NCBI GenBank assembly: GCA_040954595.2
Contig: CM082581.2
Coordinates: 6,378,699-6,442,698, forward strand
Direction: 5' to 3'
From: Balanoglossus misakiensis
Taxonomy: Eukaryota > Animalia > Hemichordata
Length of the DNA: 64,000 nucleotides
Shown: positions 41,601 through 56,600 of the stretch, in pieces
How the letters are laid out: every line of letters starts with the position of its first letter
Position numbering within the stretch: the stretch's first letter is position 1
Translations under genes and position numbers: made by a program
Notes under the pieces: generated by a model
The model's database searches: none
What the model was told of the DNA's origin: nothing
What the model saw: the letters and a program-made list of their open reading frames with translations, nothing else

Positions 41601-44600
41601 ATAAGATCATGGTAGTTATACTGCAAGTGCGGTAAATTTCCGACTGTTTCGAGTACACATCGTGATGGCGAAGGGTTCAGGAAGGCTAGACTTTTACCTG
41701 AAGGTGTCAACTGATGTTGGTTCGAGACCACTTTTTTCTAAAAAAAATTTTTGAGAACTTTTAACGACATTATCATTGTAATTTTTATCATTTTCATAAA
41801 TCCAATTCATTACAATATCTACGCTGCGTTTTTTATCTGTTGGGTTTAAGAAACATGCAGGGAAACTTGGTCATTTTTTGTCGCGGTTCACTTGGACAAG
41901 TCTGAATACGGAGTGCTCAGCAGAGAGAAAGATAAACTCGCTAAAACCGTGTCTTTCCGTCCGCATGACCAACCAAGGAGCGAAAAAGTCGTTATTTGGG
42001 CCGTAATAAAACGTTTTTGTCGTCGAGGAGTGAATAAAGAACGGTCAGATCGTTGCGGTGCAGGGAACTCTTATTTGCACCGCTGCGGTGCAAAAAAGAA
42101 TTTGCACCGCTGCGGTGCAAATAAGATCGTGGTAGTTATGCTGCAAGTGCGGTAAATTTCCGACTGTTTCGAATACACATCGTGATGGCGAAGGGGTCAG
42201 GAAGGATTGTCTTTTACCTGAAGGTGTCAACTGATGTTGGTTCGAGACCACTTTTTTCTATTTTTTTTTTGAGAACTTTTAACGACATTATCATTGTAAT
42301 TTTTATCATTTTCATAAATCCAATTCATTACAATATCTACGCTGCGTTTTTTATCTGTTGGGTTTAAGAAACATGCAGGGAAACTTGGTCATTTTTTTGT
42401 CGCGGTTCACTTGGACAAGTCTGAATACGGAGTGCTCAGCAGAGAGAAAGATAAACTCGCTAAAACAGTGTCTTTCCGTCCACATGACCAACCAAGGAGC
42501 GAAAAAGTCGTTATTTGGGCCGTAATAAAACGTTTTTGTCGTCGAGGAGTGAATAAAGAACGGTCAGATCGTTGCGGTGCAGGGAACTCTTATTTGCACC
42601 GCTGCGGTGCAAATAAGAATTTGCACCGCTGCGGTGCAAATAAGATCGTGGTAGTTATGCTGCAAGTGCGGTAAATTTCCGACTGTTTCGAGTACACATC
42701 GTGATGGCGAAGGGGTCAGGAAGGATTGACTTTTACCTGAAGGTGTCAACTGATGTTGGTTCGAGACCACTTTTTTCTATTTTTTTTTTTTTTTTGAGAA
42801 CTTTTAACGACATTATCATTGTAATTTTTATCATTTTCATAAATCCAATTCATTACAATATCTACGCTGCGTTTTTTATCTGTTGGGTTTAAGAAACATG
42901 CAGGGAAACTTGGTCATTTTTTTGTCGCGGTTCACTTGGACAGGTCTGAATACGGAGTGCTCAGCAGAGAGAAAGATAAACTGGCTAAAACCGTGTCTTT
43001 CTGTCCGCATGACCAACCAAGGAGCGAAAAGATCGTAATTTAGGCCGTAATAAAGCGTTTTTGTCGTCGAGGAGTGAATAAAGAACGGTCAGGTCGTTGC
43101 GGTGCAGGGAACCCTTATTTGCACCGCTGCGGTGCAAATAAGAATTTGCACCGCTGCGGTGCAAATAAGATCATGGTAGTTATACTGCAAGTGCGGTAAA
43201 TTTCCGACTGTTTCGAGTACACATCGTGATGGCGAAGGGTTCAGGAAGGATTGTCTTTTACCTGAAGGTGTCAACTGATGTTGGTTCGAGACCACTTTTT
43301 TCTATTTTTTTTTTTTTGAGAACTTTTAACGACATTATCATTGTAATTTTTATCATTTTCATAAATCCAATTCATTACAATATCTACGCTGCGTTTTTTA
43401 TCTGTTGGGTTTAAGAAACATGCAGGGAAACTTGGTCATTTTTTTGTCGCGGTTCACTTGGACAAGTCTGAATACGGAGTGCTCAGCAGAGAGAAAGATA
43501 AACTCGCTAAAACCGTGTCTTTCCGTCCGCATGACCAACCAAGGAGCGAAAAAGTCGTAATTAAGGCCGTAATAAAACGTTTTTACGATCGAGGAGTCAA
43601 TAAAGAACGGTCAGATCGTTTTGGGCCAGGGAAATCTTATTCGCACCGCTGCGGGTCAGGGAACCCTTATTTGCACCGCTGCGGTGCAAATAAGAATTTG
43701 CACCGCTGCTGTCAAAATATGAAGAAATTTTGATATATCGCAAAGTCGAAAAATTGTCATTTTTGGATGATTTTCATGAGCTATAACCCATGATATTTGT
43801 CAAAATATGAAGAAATTTCTATATTTCGCGAAGTCGAAAAATTGTCATTTTTGGATGATTTTCATGAGCTATAACCCATGATTTTTGTCAAAATATGAAG
43901 AAATTTCGATATTTCGCAAAGTCGAAAAATTGTCATTTTTGGATGATTTTCATGAGCTATAACCCATGATTTTTGTCAAAATATGAAGAAATTTCGATAT
44001 TTCGCAAAGTCGAAAAATTGTCATTTTTGGATGATTTTCATGAGCTATAACCCATGATTTTTGTCAAAATATGAAGAAATTTTGATATTTCGCAAAGTCG
44101 AAAAATTGTCATTTTTGGATGATTTTCATGAGCTTTAACCCATGATTTTTGTCAAAATATGAAGAAATTTTGATATTTCGAAAAGGCGAAAAATTGTCAT
44201 TTTTGGATGATTTTCATGAGCTATAACCCATGATTTTTGTCAAAATATGAAGAAATTTTGATATTTCGCAAAGTCGAAAAATTGTCATTTTTGGATGATT
44301 TTCGTAAGCTATAACCCATGATTTTTGTCAAAATATGAAGAAATTTTGATATATCGCAAAGTCGAAAAATTGTCATTTTTGGATGATTTTCATGACCTAT
44401 AACCCATGATTTTTGTCAAAATATGAAGAAATTTTGATATATCGCAAAGTCGAAAAATTGTCATTTTTGGATGATTTTCATGAGCTATAACCCATGTTTT
44501 TTTTCAAAATATGAAGAAATTTTGATACATCGAAAAGTCGAAAAATTGTCATTTTTGGATGATTTTCATGAGCTATAACCCATGATTTTTGTCAAAATAT

Positions 44601-47600
44601 GACGAAATTTTGATATTTCGCAAAGTCGAAAAATTGTCATTTTTGGATGATTTTCATGAGCTATAACCCATGATTTTTGTCAAAATATGAAGAATTTTGA
44701 TATTTCGCAAAGTCGAAAAATTGTCATTTTTGGATGATTTTCATGAGCTATAACCCATGATTTTTGTCAAAATATGAAGAAATTTTGATATTTCGCAAAG
44801 TCGAAAAATTGTCATTTTTGGATGATTTTCATGAGCTATAACCCATGATTTTTGTCAAAATATGAAGAAATTTTGATATTTCGCAAAGTCGAAAAATTGT
44901 CATTTTTGGATGATTTTCATGAGCTATAACCCATGATTTTTGTCAAAATATGAAGAAATTTTGATATTTCGCAAAGTCGAAAAATTGTCATTTTTGGATG
45001 ATTTTCATGAGCTATAACCCATGATTTTTGTCAAAATATGAAGAAATTTTGATATTTCGCAAAGTCGAAAAATTGTCATTTTTGGATGATTTTCATGAGC
45101 TATAACCCATGATTTTTGTCAAAATATGAAGAAATTTTGATATTTCGCAAAGTCGAAAAATTGTCATTTTTGGATGATTTTCATGAGCTATAACCCATGA
45201 TTTTTGTCAAAATATGAAGAAATTTTGATATTTCGCAAAGTCGAAAAATGGTCATTTTTGGATGATTTTCATGAGCTATAACCCATGATTTTTGTCAAAA
45301 TATGAAGAAATTTTGATATTTCGCAAAGTCGAAAAATGGTCATTTTTGGATGATTTTCATGAGCTATAACCCATGATTTTTGTCAAAATATGAAGAAATT
45401 TTGATATTTCGCAAAGTCGAAAAATGGTCATTTTTGGATGATTTTCATGAGCTATAACCCATGATTTTTGTCAAAATATGAAGAAATTTTGATATTTCGC
45501 AAAGTCGAAAAATGGTCATTTTTGGATGATTTTCATGAGCTATAACCCATGATTTTTGTCAAAATATGAAGAAAATTTGATATTTCGCAAAGTCGAAAAA
45601 TGGTCATTTTTGGATGATTTTCATGAGCTATAACCCATGATTTTTGTCAAAATATGAAGAAAATTTGATATTTCGCAAAGTCGAAAAATTGTCATTTTTG
45701 GATGATTTTCATGAGCTATAACCCATGATTTTTGTCAAAATATGAAGAAATTTTGATATTTCGCAAAGTCGAAAAATTGTCATTTTTGGATGATTTTCAT
45801 GAGCTATAACCCATGATTTTTGTCAAAATATGAAGAAATTTTGATATTTCGCAAAGTCGAAAAATTGTCATTTTTGGATGATTTTCATGAGCTATAACCC
45901 ATGATTTTTGTCAAAATATGAAGAAATTTTGATATTTCGCAAGTCGAAAAATGGTCATTTTTGGATGATTTTCATGAGCTATAACCCATGATTTTTGTCA
46001 AAATATGAAGAAATTTTGATATTTCGCAAAGTCGAAAAATGGTCATTTTTGGATGATTTTCATGAGCTATAACCCATGATTTTTGTCAAAATATGAAGAA
46101 ATTTTGATATTTCGCAAAGTCGAAAAATGGTCATTTTTGGATGATTTTCATGAGCTATAACCCATGATTTTTGTCAAAATATGAAGAAAATTTGATATTT
46201 CGCAAAGTCGAAAAATGGTCATTTTTGGATGATTTTCATGAGCTATAACCCATGATTTTTGTCAAAATATGAAGAAATTTTGATATTTCGCAAAGTCGAA
46301 AAATTGTCATTTTTGGATGATTTTCATGAGCTATAGCCCATGATTTTTGTCAAAATATGAAGAAATTTTGATATTTCGCAAAGTCGAAAAATGGTCATTT
46401 TTGGATGATTTTCATGAGCTATAACCCATGATTTTTGTCAAAATATGAAGAAATTTTGATATTTCGCAAAGTCGAAAAATTGTCATTTTTTGGATGTTTT
46501 TCATGAGCTATAACCCATGATTTTTGTCAAAACATGAAGAAATTTTGATATTTCGCAAAGTCGAAAAATTGTCATTTTTGGATGATTTTCATGAGCTATA
46601 ACCCATGATTTTTGTCAAAACATGAAGAAATTTTGATATTTCGCAAAGTCGAAAAATTGTCATTTTTGGATGATTTTCATGAGCTATAACCCATGATTTT
46701 TGTCCAAATATGAAGAAATTTTGATATTTCGCAAAGTCGAAAAATTGTCATTTTTGGATGATTTTCATGAGCTATAGCCCATGATTTTTGTCAAAATATG
46801 AAGAAATTTTGATATTTCGCAAAGTCGAAAAATTGTCATTTTTGGATGATTTTCATGAGCTATAACCCATGATTTTTGTCAAAATGTGAAGAAATTTTGA
46901 TATTTCGCAAAGTCGAAAAATTGTCATTTTTGGATGATTTTCATGAGCTATAACCCATGATTTTTGTCAAAATGTGAAGAAATTTTGATATTTCGCAAAG
47001 TCGAAAAATTGTCATTTTTGGATGATTTTCATGAGCTATAACCCATGATTTTTGTCAAAATGTGAAGAAATTTTGATATTTCGCAAAGTCGAAAAATTGT
47101 CATTTTTGGATGATTTTCATGAGCTATAACCCATGATTTTTGTCCAAATATGAAGAAATTTTGATATTTCGCAAAGTCGAAAAATTGTCATTTTTGGACG
47201 ATTTTCATGAGCTATAACCCATGATTTTTGTCAAAATATGAAGAAATTATGATATTTCGCAAAGTCGAAAATTTGTCATTTTTGGACGATTTTCATGAGC
47301 TATAACCCATGATTTTTGTCAAAATATGAAGAAATTATGATATTTCGCAAAGTCGAAAATTTGTCATTTTTGGACGATTTTCATGAGCTATAACCCATGA
47401 TTTTTGTCAAAATATGAAGAAATTATGATATTTCGCAAAGTCGAAAAATTGTCATTTTTGGACGATTTTCATGAGCTATAACCCATGATTTTTGTCAAAA
47501 TATGAAGAAATTTTGATATTTCGCAAAGTCGAAAAATTGTCATTTTTGGATGATTTTCATGAGCTATAACCCATGATTTTTGTCAAAATATGAAGAAATT

Positions 47601-50600
47601 TTGATATTTCGCAAAGTCGAAAAATTGTCATTTTTGGATGATTTTCATGAGCTATAACCCATGATTTTTGTCAAAATATGAAGAAATTTTGATATTTCGC
47701 AAAGTCGAAAAATTGTCATTTTTGGATGATTTTCATGAGCTATAGCCCATGATTTTTGTCAAAATATGAAGAAATTTTGATATTTCGCAAAGTCCAAAAA
47801 TTGTCATTTTTGGATGATTTTCATGAGCTATAGCCCATGATTTTTGTCCAAATATGAAGAAATTTTGATATTTCGCAAAGTCGAAAAATTGTCATTTTTG
47901 GATGATTTTCATGAGCTATAACCCATGATTTTTGTCAAAATATGAAGAAATTTTGATATTTCGCAAAGTCGAAAAATTGTCATTTTTGGATGATTTTCAT
48001 GAGCTATAAACCATGATTTTTGTCAAAATATGAAGAAATTTTGATATTTCGCAAAGTCGAAAAATTGTCATTTTTGGATGATTTTCATGAGCTATAACCC
48101 ATGATTTTTGTCAAAATATGAAGAAATTTTGATATTTCGCAAAGTCGAAAAATTGTCATTTTTGGATGATTTTCATGAGCTATAACCCATGATTTTTGTC
48201 AAAATATGAAGAAATTTTGATATTTCGCAAAGTCGAAAAATTGTCATTTTTGGATGATTTTCATGAGCTATAACCCATGATTTTTGTCAAAATATGAAGA
48301 AATTTTGATATTTCGCAAAGTCGAAAAATTGTCATTTTTGGATGATTTTCATGAGCTATAACCCATGATTTTTGTCAAAATATGAAGAAATTTTGATATT
48401 TCGCAAAGTCGAAAAATTGTCATTTTTGGATGATTTTCATGAGCTATAACCCATGATTTTGTGAAAATATGAAGAAATTTTAATATTTCGCAAAGTCGAA
48501 AAATTGTCATTTTTGGATGATTTTCATGAGCTATAACCCATGATTTTTGTCAAAATATGAAGAAATTTTGATATTTCGCAAAGTCGAAAAATTGTCATTT
48601 TTGGACGATTTTCATGAGCTATAACCCATGATTTTTGTCAAAATATGAAGAAATTTTGATATTTCGCAAAGTCGAAAAATTGTCATTTTTGGATGATTTT
48701 CATGAGCTATAACCCATGATTTTTGTCAAAATATGAAGAAATTTTGATATTTCGCAAAGTCGAAAAATTGTCATTTTTGGATGATTTTCATGAGCTATAA
48801 CCCATGATTTTTGTCAAAATATGAAGAAATTTTGATATTTCGCAAAGTCGAAAAATTGTCATTTTTGGATGATTTTCATGAGCTATAACCCATGATTTTT
48901 GTCCAAATATGAAGAAATTTTGATATTTCGCAAAGTCGAAAAATTGTCATTTTTGGATGATTTTCATGAGCTATAACCCATGATTTTTGTCAAAATATGA
49001 AGAAATTTTGATATTTCGCAAAGTCGAAAAATTGTCATTTTTGGATGATTTTCATGAGCTATAAACCATGATTTTTGTCAAAATATGAAGAAATTTTGAT
49101 ATTTCGCAAAGTCGAAAAATTGTCATTTTTGGATGATTTTCATGAGCTATAACCCATGATTTTTGTCAAAATATGAAGAAATTTTGATATTTCGCAAAGT
49201 CGAAAAATTGTCATTTTTGGATGATTTTCATGAGCTATAACCCATGATTTTTGTCAAAATATGAAGAAATTTTGATATTTCGCAAAGTCGAAAAATTGTC
49301 ATTTTTGGATGATTTTCATGAGCTATAACCCATGATTTTTGTCAAAATATGAAGAAATTTTGATATTTCGCAAAGTCGAAAAATTGTCATTTTTGGATGA
49401 TTTTCATGAGCTATAACCCATGATTTTTGTCAAAATATGAAGAAATTTTGATATTTCGCAAAGTCGAAAAATTGTCATTTTTGGATGATTTTCATGAGCT
49501 ATAACCCATGATTTTTGTCAAAATATGAAGAAATTTTGATATTTCGCAAAGTCGAAAAATTGTCATTTTTGGATGATTTTCATGAGCTATAAACCATGAT
49601 TTTTGTCAAAATATGAAGAAATTTTGATATTTCGCAAAGTCGAAAAATTGTCATTTTTGGATGATTTTCATGAGCTATAACCCATGATTTTTGTCAAAAT
49701 ATGAAGAAATTTTGATATTTCGCAAAGTCGAAAAATTGTCATTTTTGGATGATTTTCATGAGCTATAACCCATGATTTTTGTCAAAATATGAAGAAATTT
49801 TGATATTTCGCAAAGTCGAAAAATTGTCATTTTTGGATGATTTTCATGAGCTATAACCCATGATTTTTGTCAAAATATGAAGAAATTTTGATATTTCGCA
49901 AAGTCGAAAAATTGTCATTTTTGGATGATTTTCATGAGCTATAACCCATGATTTTTGTGAAAATATGAAGAAATTTTGATATTTCGCAAAGTCGAAAAAT
50001 TGTCATTTTTGGATGATTTTCATGAGCTATAACCCATGATTTTTGTCAAAATATGAAGAAATTTTAATATTTCGCAAAGTCGAAAAATTGTCATTTTTGG
50101 AAGATTTTCATGAGCTATAACCCATGATTTTTGTCAAAATATGAAGAAATTTTGATATTTCGCAAAGTCGAAAAATTGTCATTTTTGGACGATTTTCATG
50201 AGCTATAACCCATGATTTTTGTCAAAATATGAAGAAATTTTGATATTTCGCAAAGTCGAAAAATTGTCATTTTTGGACGATTTTCATGAGCTATAACCCA
50301 TGATTTTTGTCAAAATATGAAGAAATTTTGATATTTCGCAAAGTCGAAAAATTGTCATTTTTGGATGATTTTCATGAGCTATAACCCATGATTTTTGTCA
50401 AAATATGAAGAAATTTTGATATTTCGCAAAGTCGAAAAATTGTCATTTTTGGACGATTTTCATGAGCTATAACCCATGATTTTTGTCAAAATATGAAGAA
50501 ATTTTGATATTTCGCAAAGTCGAAAAATTGTCATTTTTGGATGATTTTCATGAGCTATAACCCATGATTTTTGTCAAAATATGAAGAAATTTTGATATTT

Positions 50601-53600
50601 CGCAAAGTCGAAAAATTGTCATTTTTGGATGATTTTCATGAGCTATAACCCATGATTTTTGTCAAAATATGAAGAAATTTTGATATTTCGCAAAGTCGAA
50701 AAATTGTCATTTTTGGATGATTTTCATGAGCTATAACCCATGATTTTTGTCAAAATATGAAGAAATTTTGATATTTCGTAAAATGGAAAAATTGTCATTT
50801 TTGGATGATTTTCATGAGCTATAACCCATGATTTTTGTCAAAATATGAAGAAATTTTGATATTTCGCAAAGTCGAAAAATTGTCATTTTTGGATGATTTT
50901 CATGAGCTATAACCCATGATTTTTGTCAAAATATGAAGAAATTTTGATATTTCGCAAAGTCGAAAAATGGTCATTTTTGGATGATTTTCATGAGCTATAA
51001 CCCATGATTTTTGTCAAAATATGAAGAAAATTTGATATTTCGCAATGTCGAAAAATGGTCATTTTTGGATGATTTTCATGAGCTATAACCCATGATTTTT
51101 GTCAAAATATGAAGAAATTTTGATATTTCGCAAAGTCGAAAAATGGTCATTTTTGGATGATTTTCATGAGCTATAACCCATGATTTTTGTCAAAATATGA
51201 AGAAATTTTGATATTTCGCAAAGTCGAAAAATGGTCATTTTTGGATGATTTTCATGAGCTATAACCCATGATTTTTGTCAAAATATGAAGAAAATTTGAT
51301 ATTTCGCAATGTCGAAAAATGGTCATTTTTGGATGATTTTCATGAGCTATAACCCATGATTTTTGTCAAAATATGAAGAAATTTTGATATTTCGCAAAGT
51401 CGAAAAATTGTCATTTTTGGATGATTTTCATGAGCTATAACCCATGATTTTTGTCAAAATATGAAGAAATTTTGATATTTCGCAAAGTCGAAAAATTGTC
51501 ATTTTTGGATGATTTTCATGAGCTATAACCCATGATTTTTGTCAAAATATGAAGAAATTTTGATATTTCGCAAAGTCGAAAAATTGTCATTTTTGGATGA
51601 TTTTCATGAGCTATAACCCATGATTTTTGTCCAAATATGAAGAAATTTTGATATTTCGCAAAGTCGAAAAATTGTCATTTTTGGATGATTTTCATGAGCT
51701 ATAGCCCATGATTTTTGTCAAAATATGAAGAAATTTTGATATTTCGCAAAGTCGAAAAATTGTCATTTTTGGATGATTTTCATGAGCTATAGCCCATGAT
51801 TTTTGTCAAAATATGAAGAAATTTTGATATTTCGCAAAGTCGAAAAATTGTCATTTTTGGATGATTTTCATGAGCTATAACCCATGATTTTTGTCAAAAT
51901 ATGAAGAAATTTTGATATTTCGCAAAGTCGAAAAATTGTCATTTTTGGATGATTTACATGAGCTATAACCCATGATTTTTGTCCAAATATGAAGAAATTT
52001 TGATATTTCGCAAAGTCGAAAAATTGTCATTTTTGGATGATTTTCATGAGCTATAACCCATGATTTTTGTGAAAATATGAAGAAATTTTGATATTTCGCA
52101 AAGTCGAAAAATTGTCATTTTTGGATGATTTTCATGAGCTATAACCCATGATTTTTGTCCAAATATGAAGAAATTTTGATATTTCGCAAAGTCGAAAAAT
52201 TGTCATTTTTGGATGATTTTCATGAGCTATAACCCATGATTTTTGTCAAAATATGAAGAAATTATGATATTTCGCAAAGTCGAAAATTTGTCATTTTTGG
52301 ACGATTTTCATGAGCTATAACCCATGATTTTTGTGAAAATATGAAGAAATTATGATATTTCGCAAAGTCGAAAAATTGTCATTTTTGGACGATTTTCATG
52401 AGCTATAACCCATGATTTTTGTCAAAATATGAAGAAATTTTGATATTTCGCAAAGTCGAAAAATTGTCATTTTTGGACGATTTTCATGAGCTATAACCCA
52501 TGATTTTTGTCAAAATATGAAGAAATTTTGATATTTCGCAAAGTCGAAAAATTGTCATTTTTAGATGATTTTCATGAGCTATAATCCATGATTTTTGTCA
52601 AAATATGAAGAAATTTTGATATTTCGCAAAGTCGAAAAATTGTCATTTTTGGATGATTTTCATGAGCTATAACCCATGATTTTTGTCAAAATATGAAGAA
52701 ATTTTGATATTTCGCAAAGTCGAAAAATTGTCATTTTTGGATGATTTTCATGAGCTATAACCCATGATTTTTGTCAAAATATGAAGAAATTTTGATATTT
52801 CGCAAAGTCGAAAAATTGTCATTTTTGGATGATTTTCATGAGCTATAACCCATGATTTTTGTCCAAATATGAAGAAATTTTGATATTTCGCAAAGTCGAA
52901 AAATTGTCATTTTTGGATGATTTTCATGAGCTATAACCCATGATTTTTGTCCAAATATGAAGAAATTTTAATATTTCGCAAAGTCGAAAAATTGTCATTT
53001 TTGGATGATTTTCATGAGCTATAACCCATGATTTTTGTCCAAATATGAAGAAATTTTGATATTTCGCAAAGTCGAAAAATTGTCATTTTTGGATGATTTT
53101 CATGAGCTATAACCCATGATTTTTGTCCAAATATGAAGAAATTTTGATATTTCGCAAAGTCGAAAAATTGTCATTTTTGGATGATTTTCATGAGCTATAA
53201 CCCATGATTTTTGTCAAAATATGAAGAAATTTTGATATTTCGCAAAGTCGAAAAATTGTCATTTTTGGATGATTTTCATGAGCTATAACCCATGATATTT
53301 GTCAAAATATAAAGAAATTTTGATATTTCGCAAAGTCGAAAAATTGTCATTTTTGGATGATTTTCATGAGCTATAACCCATGATTTTTGTCAAAATATGA
53401 AGAAATTTTGATATTTCGCAAAGTCGAAAAATTGTCATTTTTGGATGATTTTCATGAGCTATAACCCATGATTTTTGTCAAAATATGAAGAAATTTTGAT
53501 ATTTCGCAAAGTCGAAAAATTGTCATTTTTGGATGATTTTCATGAGCTATAACCCATGATTTTTGTCAAAATATGAAGAAATTTTGATATTTCGCAAAGT

Positions 53601-56600
53601 CGAAAAATTGTCATTTTTGGATGATTTTCATGAGCTATAACCAATGATTTTTGTCAAAATATGAAGAAATTTTGATATTTCGCAAAGTCGAAAAATTGTC
53701 ATTTTTGGATGATTTTCATGAGCTATAACCCATGATTTTTGTCAAAATATGAAGAAATTTTGATATTTCGCAAAGTCGAAAAATGGTCATTTTTGGATGA
53801 TTTTCATGAGCTATAACCCATGATTTTGTCAAAATATGAAGAAATTTTGATATTTCGCAAAGTCGAAAAATGGTCATTTTTGGATGATTTTCATGAGCTA
53901 TAACCCATGATTTTTGTCAAAATATGAAGAAAATTTGATATTTCGCAAAGTCGAAAAATGGTCATTTTTGGATGATTTTCATGAGCTATAACCCATGATT
54001 TTTGTCAAAATATGAAGAAATTTTGATATTTCGCAAAGTCGAAAAATGGTCATTTTTGGATGATTGTCATGAGCTATAACCCATGATTTTTGTCAAAATA
54101 TGAAGAAATTTTGATATTTCGCAAAGTCGAAAAATGGTCATTTTTGGATGATTGTCATGAGCTATAACCCATGATTTTTGTCAAAATATGAAGAAATTTT
54201 GATATTTCGCAAAGTCGAAAAATGGTCATTTTTGGATGATTTTCATGAGCTATAACCCATGATTTTTGTCAAAATATGAAGAAAATTTGATATTTCGCAA
54301 AGTCGAAAAATTGTCATTTTTGGATGATTTTCATGAGCTATAACCCATGATTTTTGTCAAAATATGAAGAAAATTTGATATTTCGCAAAGTCGAAAAATT
54401 GTCATTTTTGGATGATTTTCATGAGCTATAACCCATGATTTTTGTCAAAATATGAAGAAATTTTGATATTTCGCAAAGTCCAAAAATTGTCATTTTTGGA
54501 TGATTTTCATGAGCTATAACCCATGATTTTTGTCAAAATATGAAGAAATTTTGATATTTCGCAAAGTCGAAAAATTGTCATTTTTGGATGATTTTCATGA
54601 GCTATAACCCATGATTTTTGTCAAAATATGAAGAAATTTTGATATTTCGCAAAGTCGAAAAATTGTCATTTTTGGATGATTTTCATGAGCTATAGCCCAT
54701 GATTTTTGTCAAAATATGAAGAAATTTTGATATTTCGCAAAGTCGAAAAATTGTCATTTTTGGATGATTTTCATGAGCTATAGCCCATGATTTTTGTCAA
54801 AATATGAAGAAATTTTGATATTTCGCAAAGTCGAAAAATTGTCATTTTTGGATGATTTTCATGAGCTATAACCCATGATTTTTGTCAAAATATGAAGAAA
54901 TTTTGATATTTCGCAAAGTCGAAAAATTGTCATTTTTGGATGATTTTCATGAGCTATAACCCATGATTTTTGTCAAAATATGAAGAAATTTTGATATTTC
55001 GCAAAGTCGAAAAATTGTCATTTTTGGATGATTTTCATGAGCTATAACCCATGATTTTTGTCAAAATATGAAGAAATTTTGATATTTCGCAAAGTCGAAA
55101 AATTGTCATTTTTGGATGATTTTCATGAGCTATAACCCATGATTTTTGTCAAAATATGAAGAAATTTTAATATTTCGCAAAGTCGAAAAATTGTCATTTT
55201 TGGATGATTTTCATGAGCTATAACCCATGATTTTTGTCAAAATATGAAGAAATTTTGATATTTCGCAAAGTCGAAAAATGGTCATTTTTGGATGATTTTC
55301 ATGAGCTATAACCCATGATTTTTGTCAAAATATGAAGAAATTTTGATATTTCGCAAAGTCGAAAAATGGTCATTTTTGGATGATTTTCATGAGCTATAAC
55401 CCATGATTTTTGTCAAAATATGAAGAAAATTTGATATTTCACAATGTCGAAAAATTGTCATTTTTGGATGATTTTCATGAGCTATAACCCATGATTTTTG
55501 TCAAAATATGACGAAATTTTGATATTTCGCAAAGTCGAAAAATGGTCATTTTTGGATGATTTTCATGAGCTATAACCCATGATTTTTGTCAAAATATGAC
55601 GAAATTTTGATATTTCGCAAAGTCGAAAAATTGTCATTTTTGGATGATTTTCATGAGCTATAACCCATGATTTTTGTCAAAATATGACGAAATTTTGATA
55701 TTTCGCAAAGTCGAAAAATTGTCATTTTTGGATGATTTTCATGAGCTATAACCCATGATTTTTGTCAAAATATGAAGAAATTTTGATATTTCCCAAATTC
55801 GAAAAATTGTCATTTTTGGATGATTTTCATGAGCTATAACCCATGATTTTTGTTAAAATATGAAGAAATTTTGATATTTCGCAAAGTCGGAAAATTGTCA
55901 TTTTTGGATGATTTTCATGAGCTATAACCCATGATTTTTGTCAAAATATGAAGAAATTTTGATATTTCGCAAAGTCGAAAAATTGTCATTTTTGGATAAT
56001 TTTCATGAGCTATAACCCATGATTTTTGTCAAAATATGAAGAAATTTTGATATTTCGCAAAGTCGAAAAATTGTCATTTTTGGATGATTTTCATGAGCTA
56101 TAACCCATGATTTTTGTCAAAATATGAAGAAATTTTGATATTTCGCAAAGTCGAAAAATTGTCATTTTTGGATGATTTTCATGAGCTATAACCCATGATT
56201 TTTGTCAAAATATGAAGAAATTTTGATATTTCGCAAAGTCGAAAAATTGTCATTTTTGGATGATTTTCATGAGCTATAACCCATGATTTTTGTCTCTCTG
56301 CTGAGCACTCCGTATTCAGACTTGTCCAAGTGAACCGCGGACAAAAAATGACCAAGTTTCCCTGCATGTTTCTTATACCCGACAGATAAAAAACGCAGCG
56401 TAGATATTGAAATGAATTGGATTTATGAAAATGATAAAAATTACAATGATAATGTCGTTAAAAGTTCTCAAAAAAGAAGAAATAGAAAAAAAGTGGTCTC
56501 GAACCAACATCAGTTGACACCCTCAGGTAAAGGCTAAACCTTCCTGAACCCTTCGCTATCACGATGTGTACTCGAAACAGTCGGAAGTTTACCACACTTA

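Noticed and set aside
36370-43733. Repeated 60-110 aa ORFs (MDKSEYG..., MVSNQHQ..., MMAKGSG...) in the 520-bp array
   Set aside because: They are by-products of the repeat. They mostly use non-ATG starts, are broken by poly-T length changes and stops between copies, and contain no recognisable domain.
43710-56294. 88-bp array as a CRISPR array
   Set aside because: Units are contiguous with no unique spacers, there are no cas genes, and the context is a eukaryotic intron.
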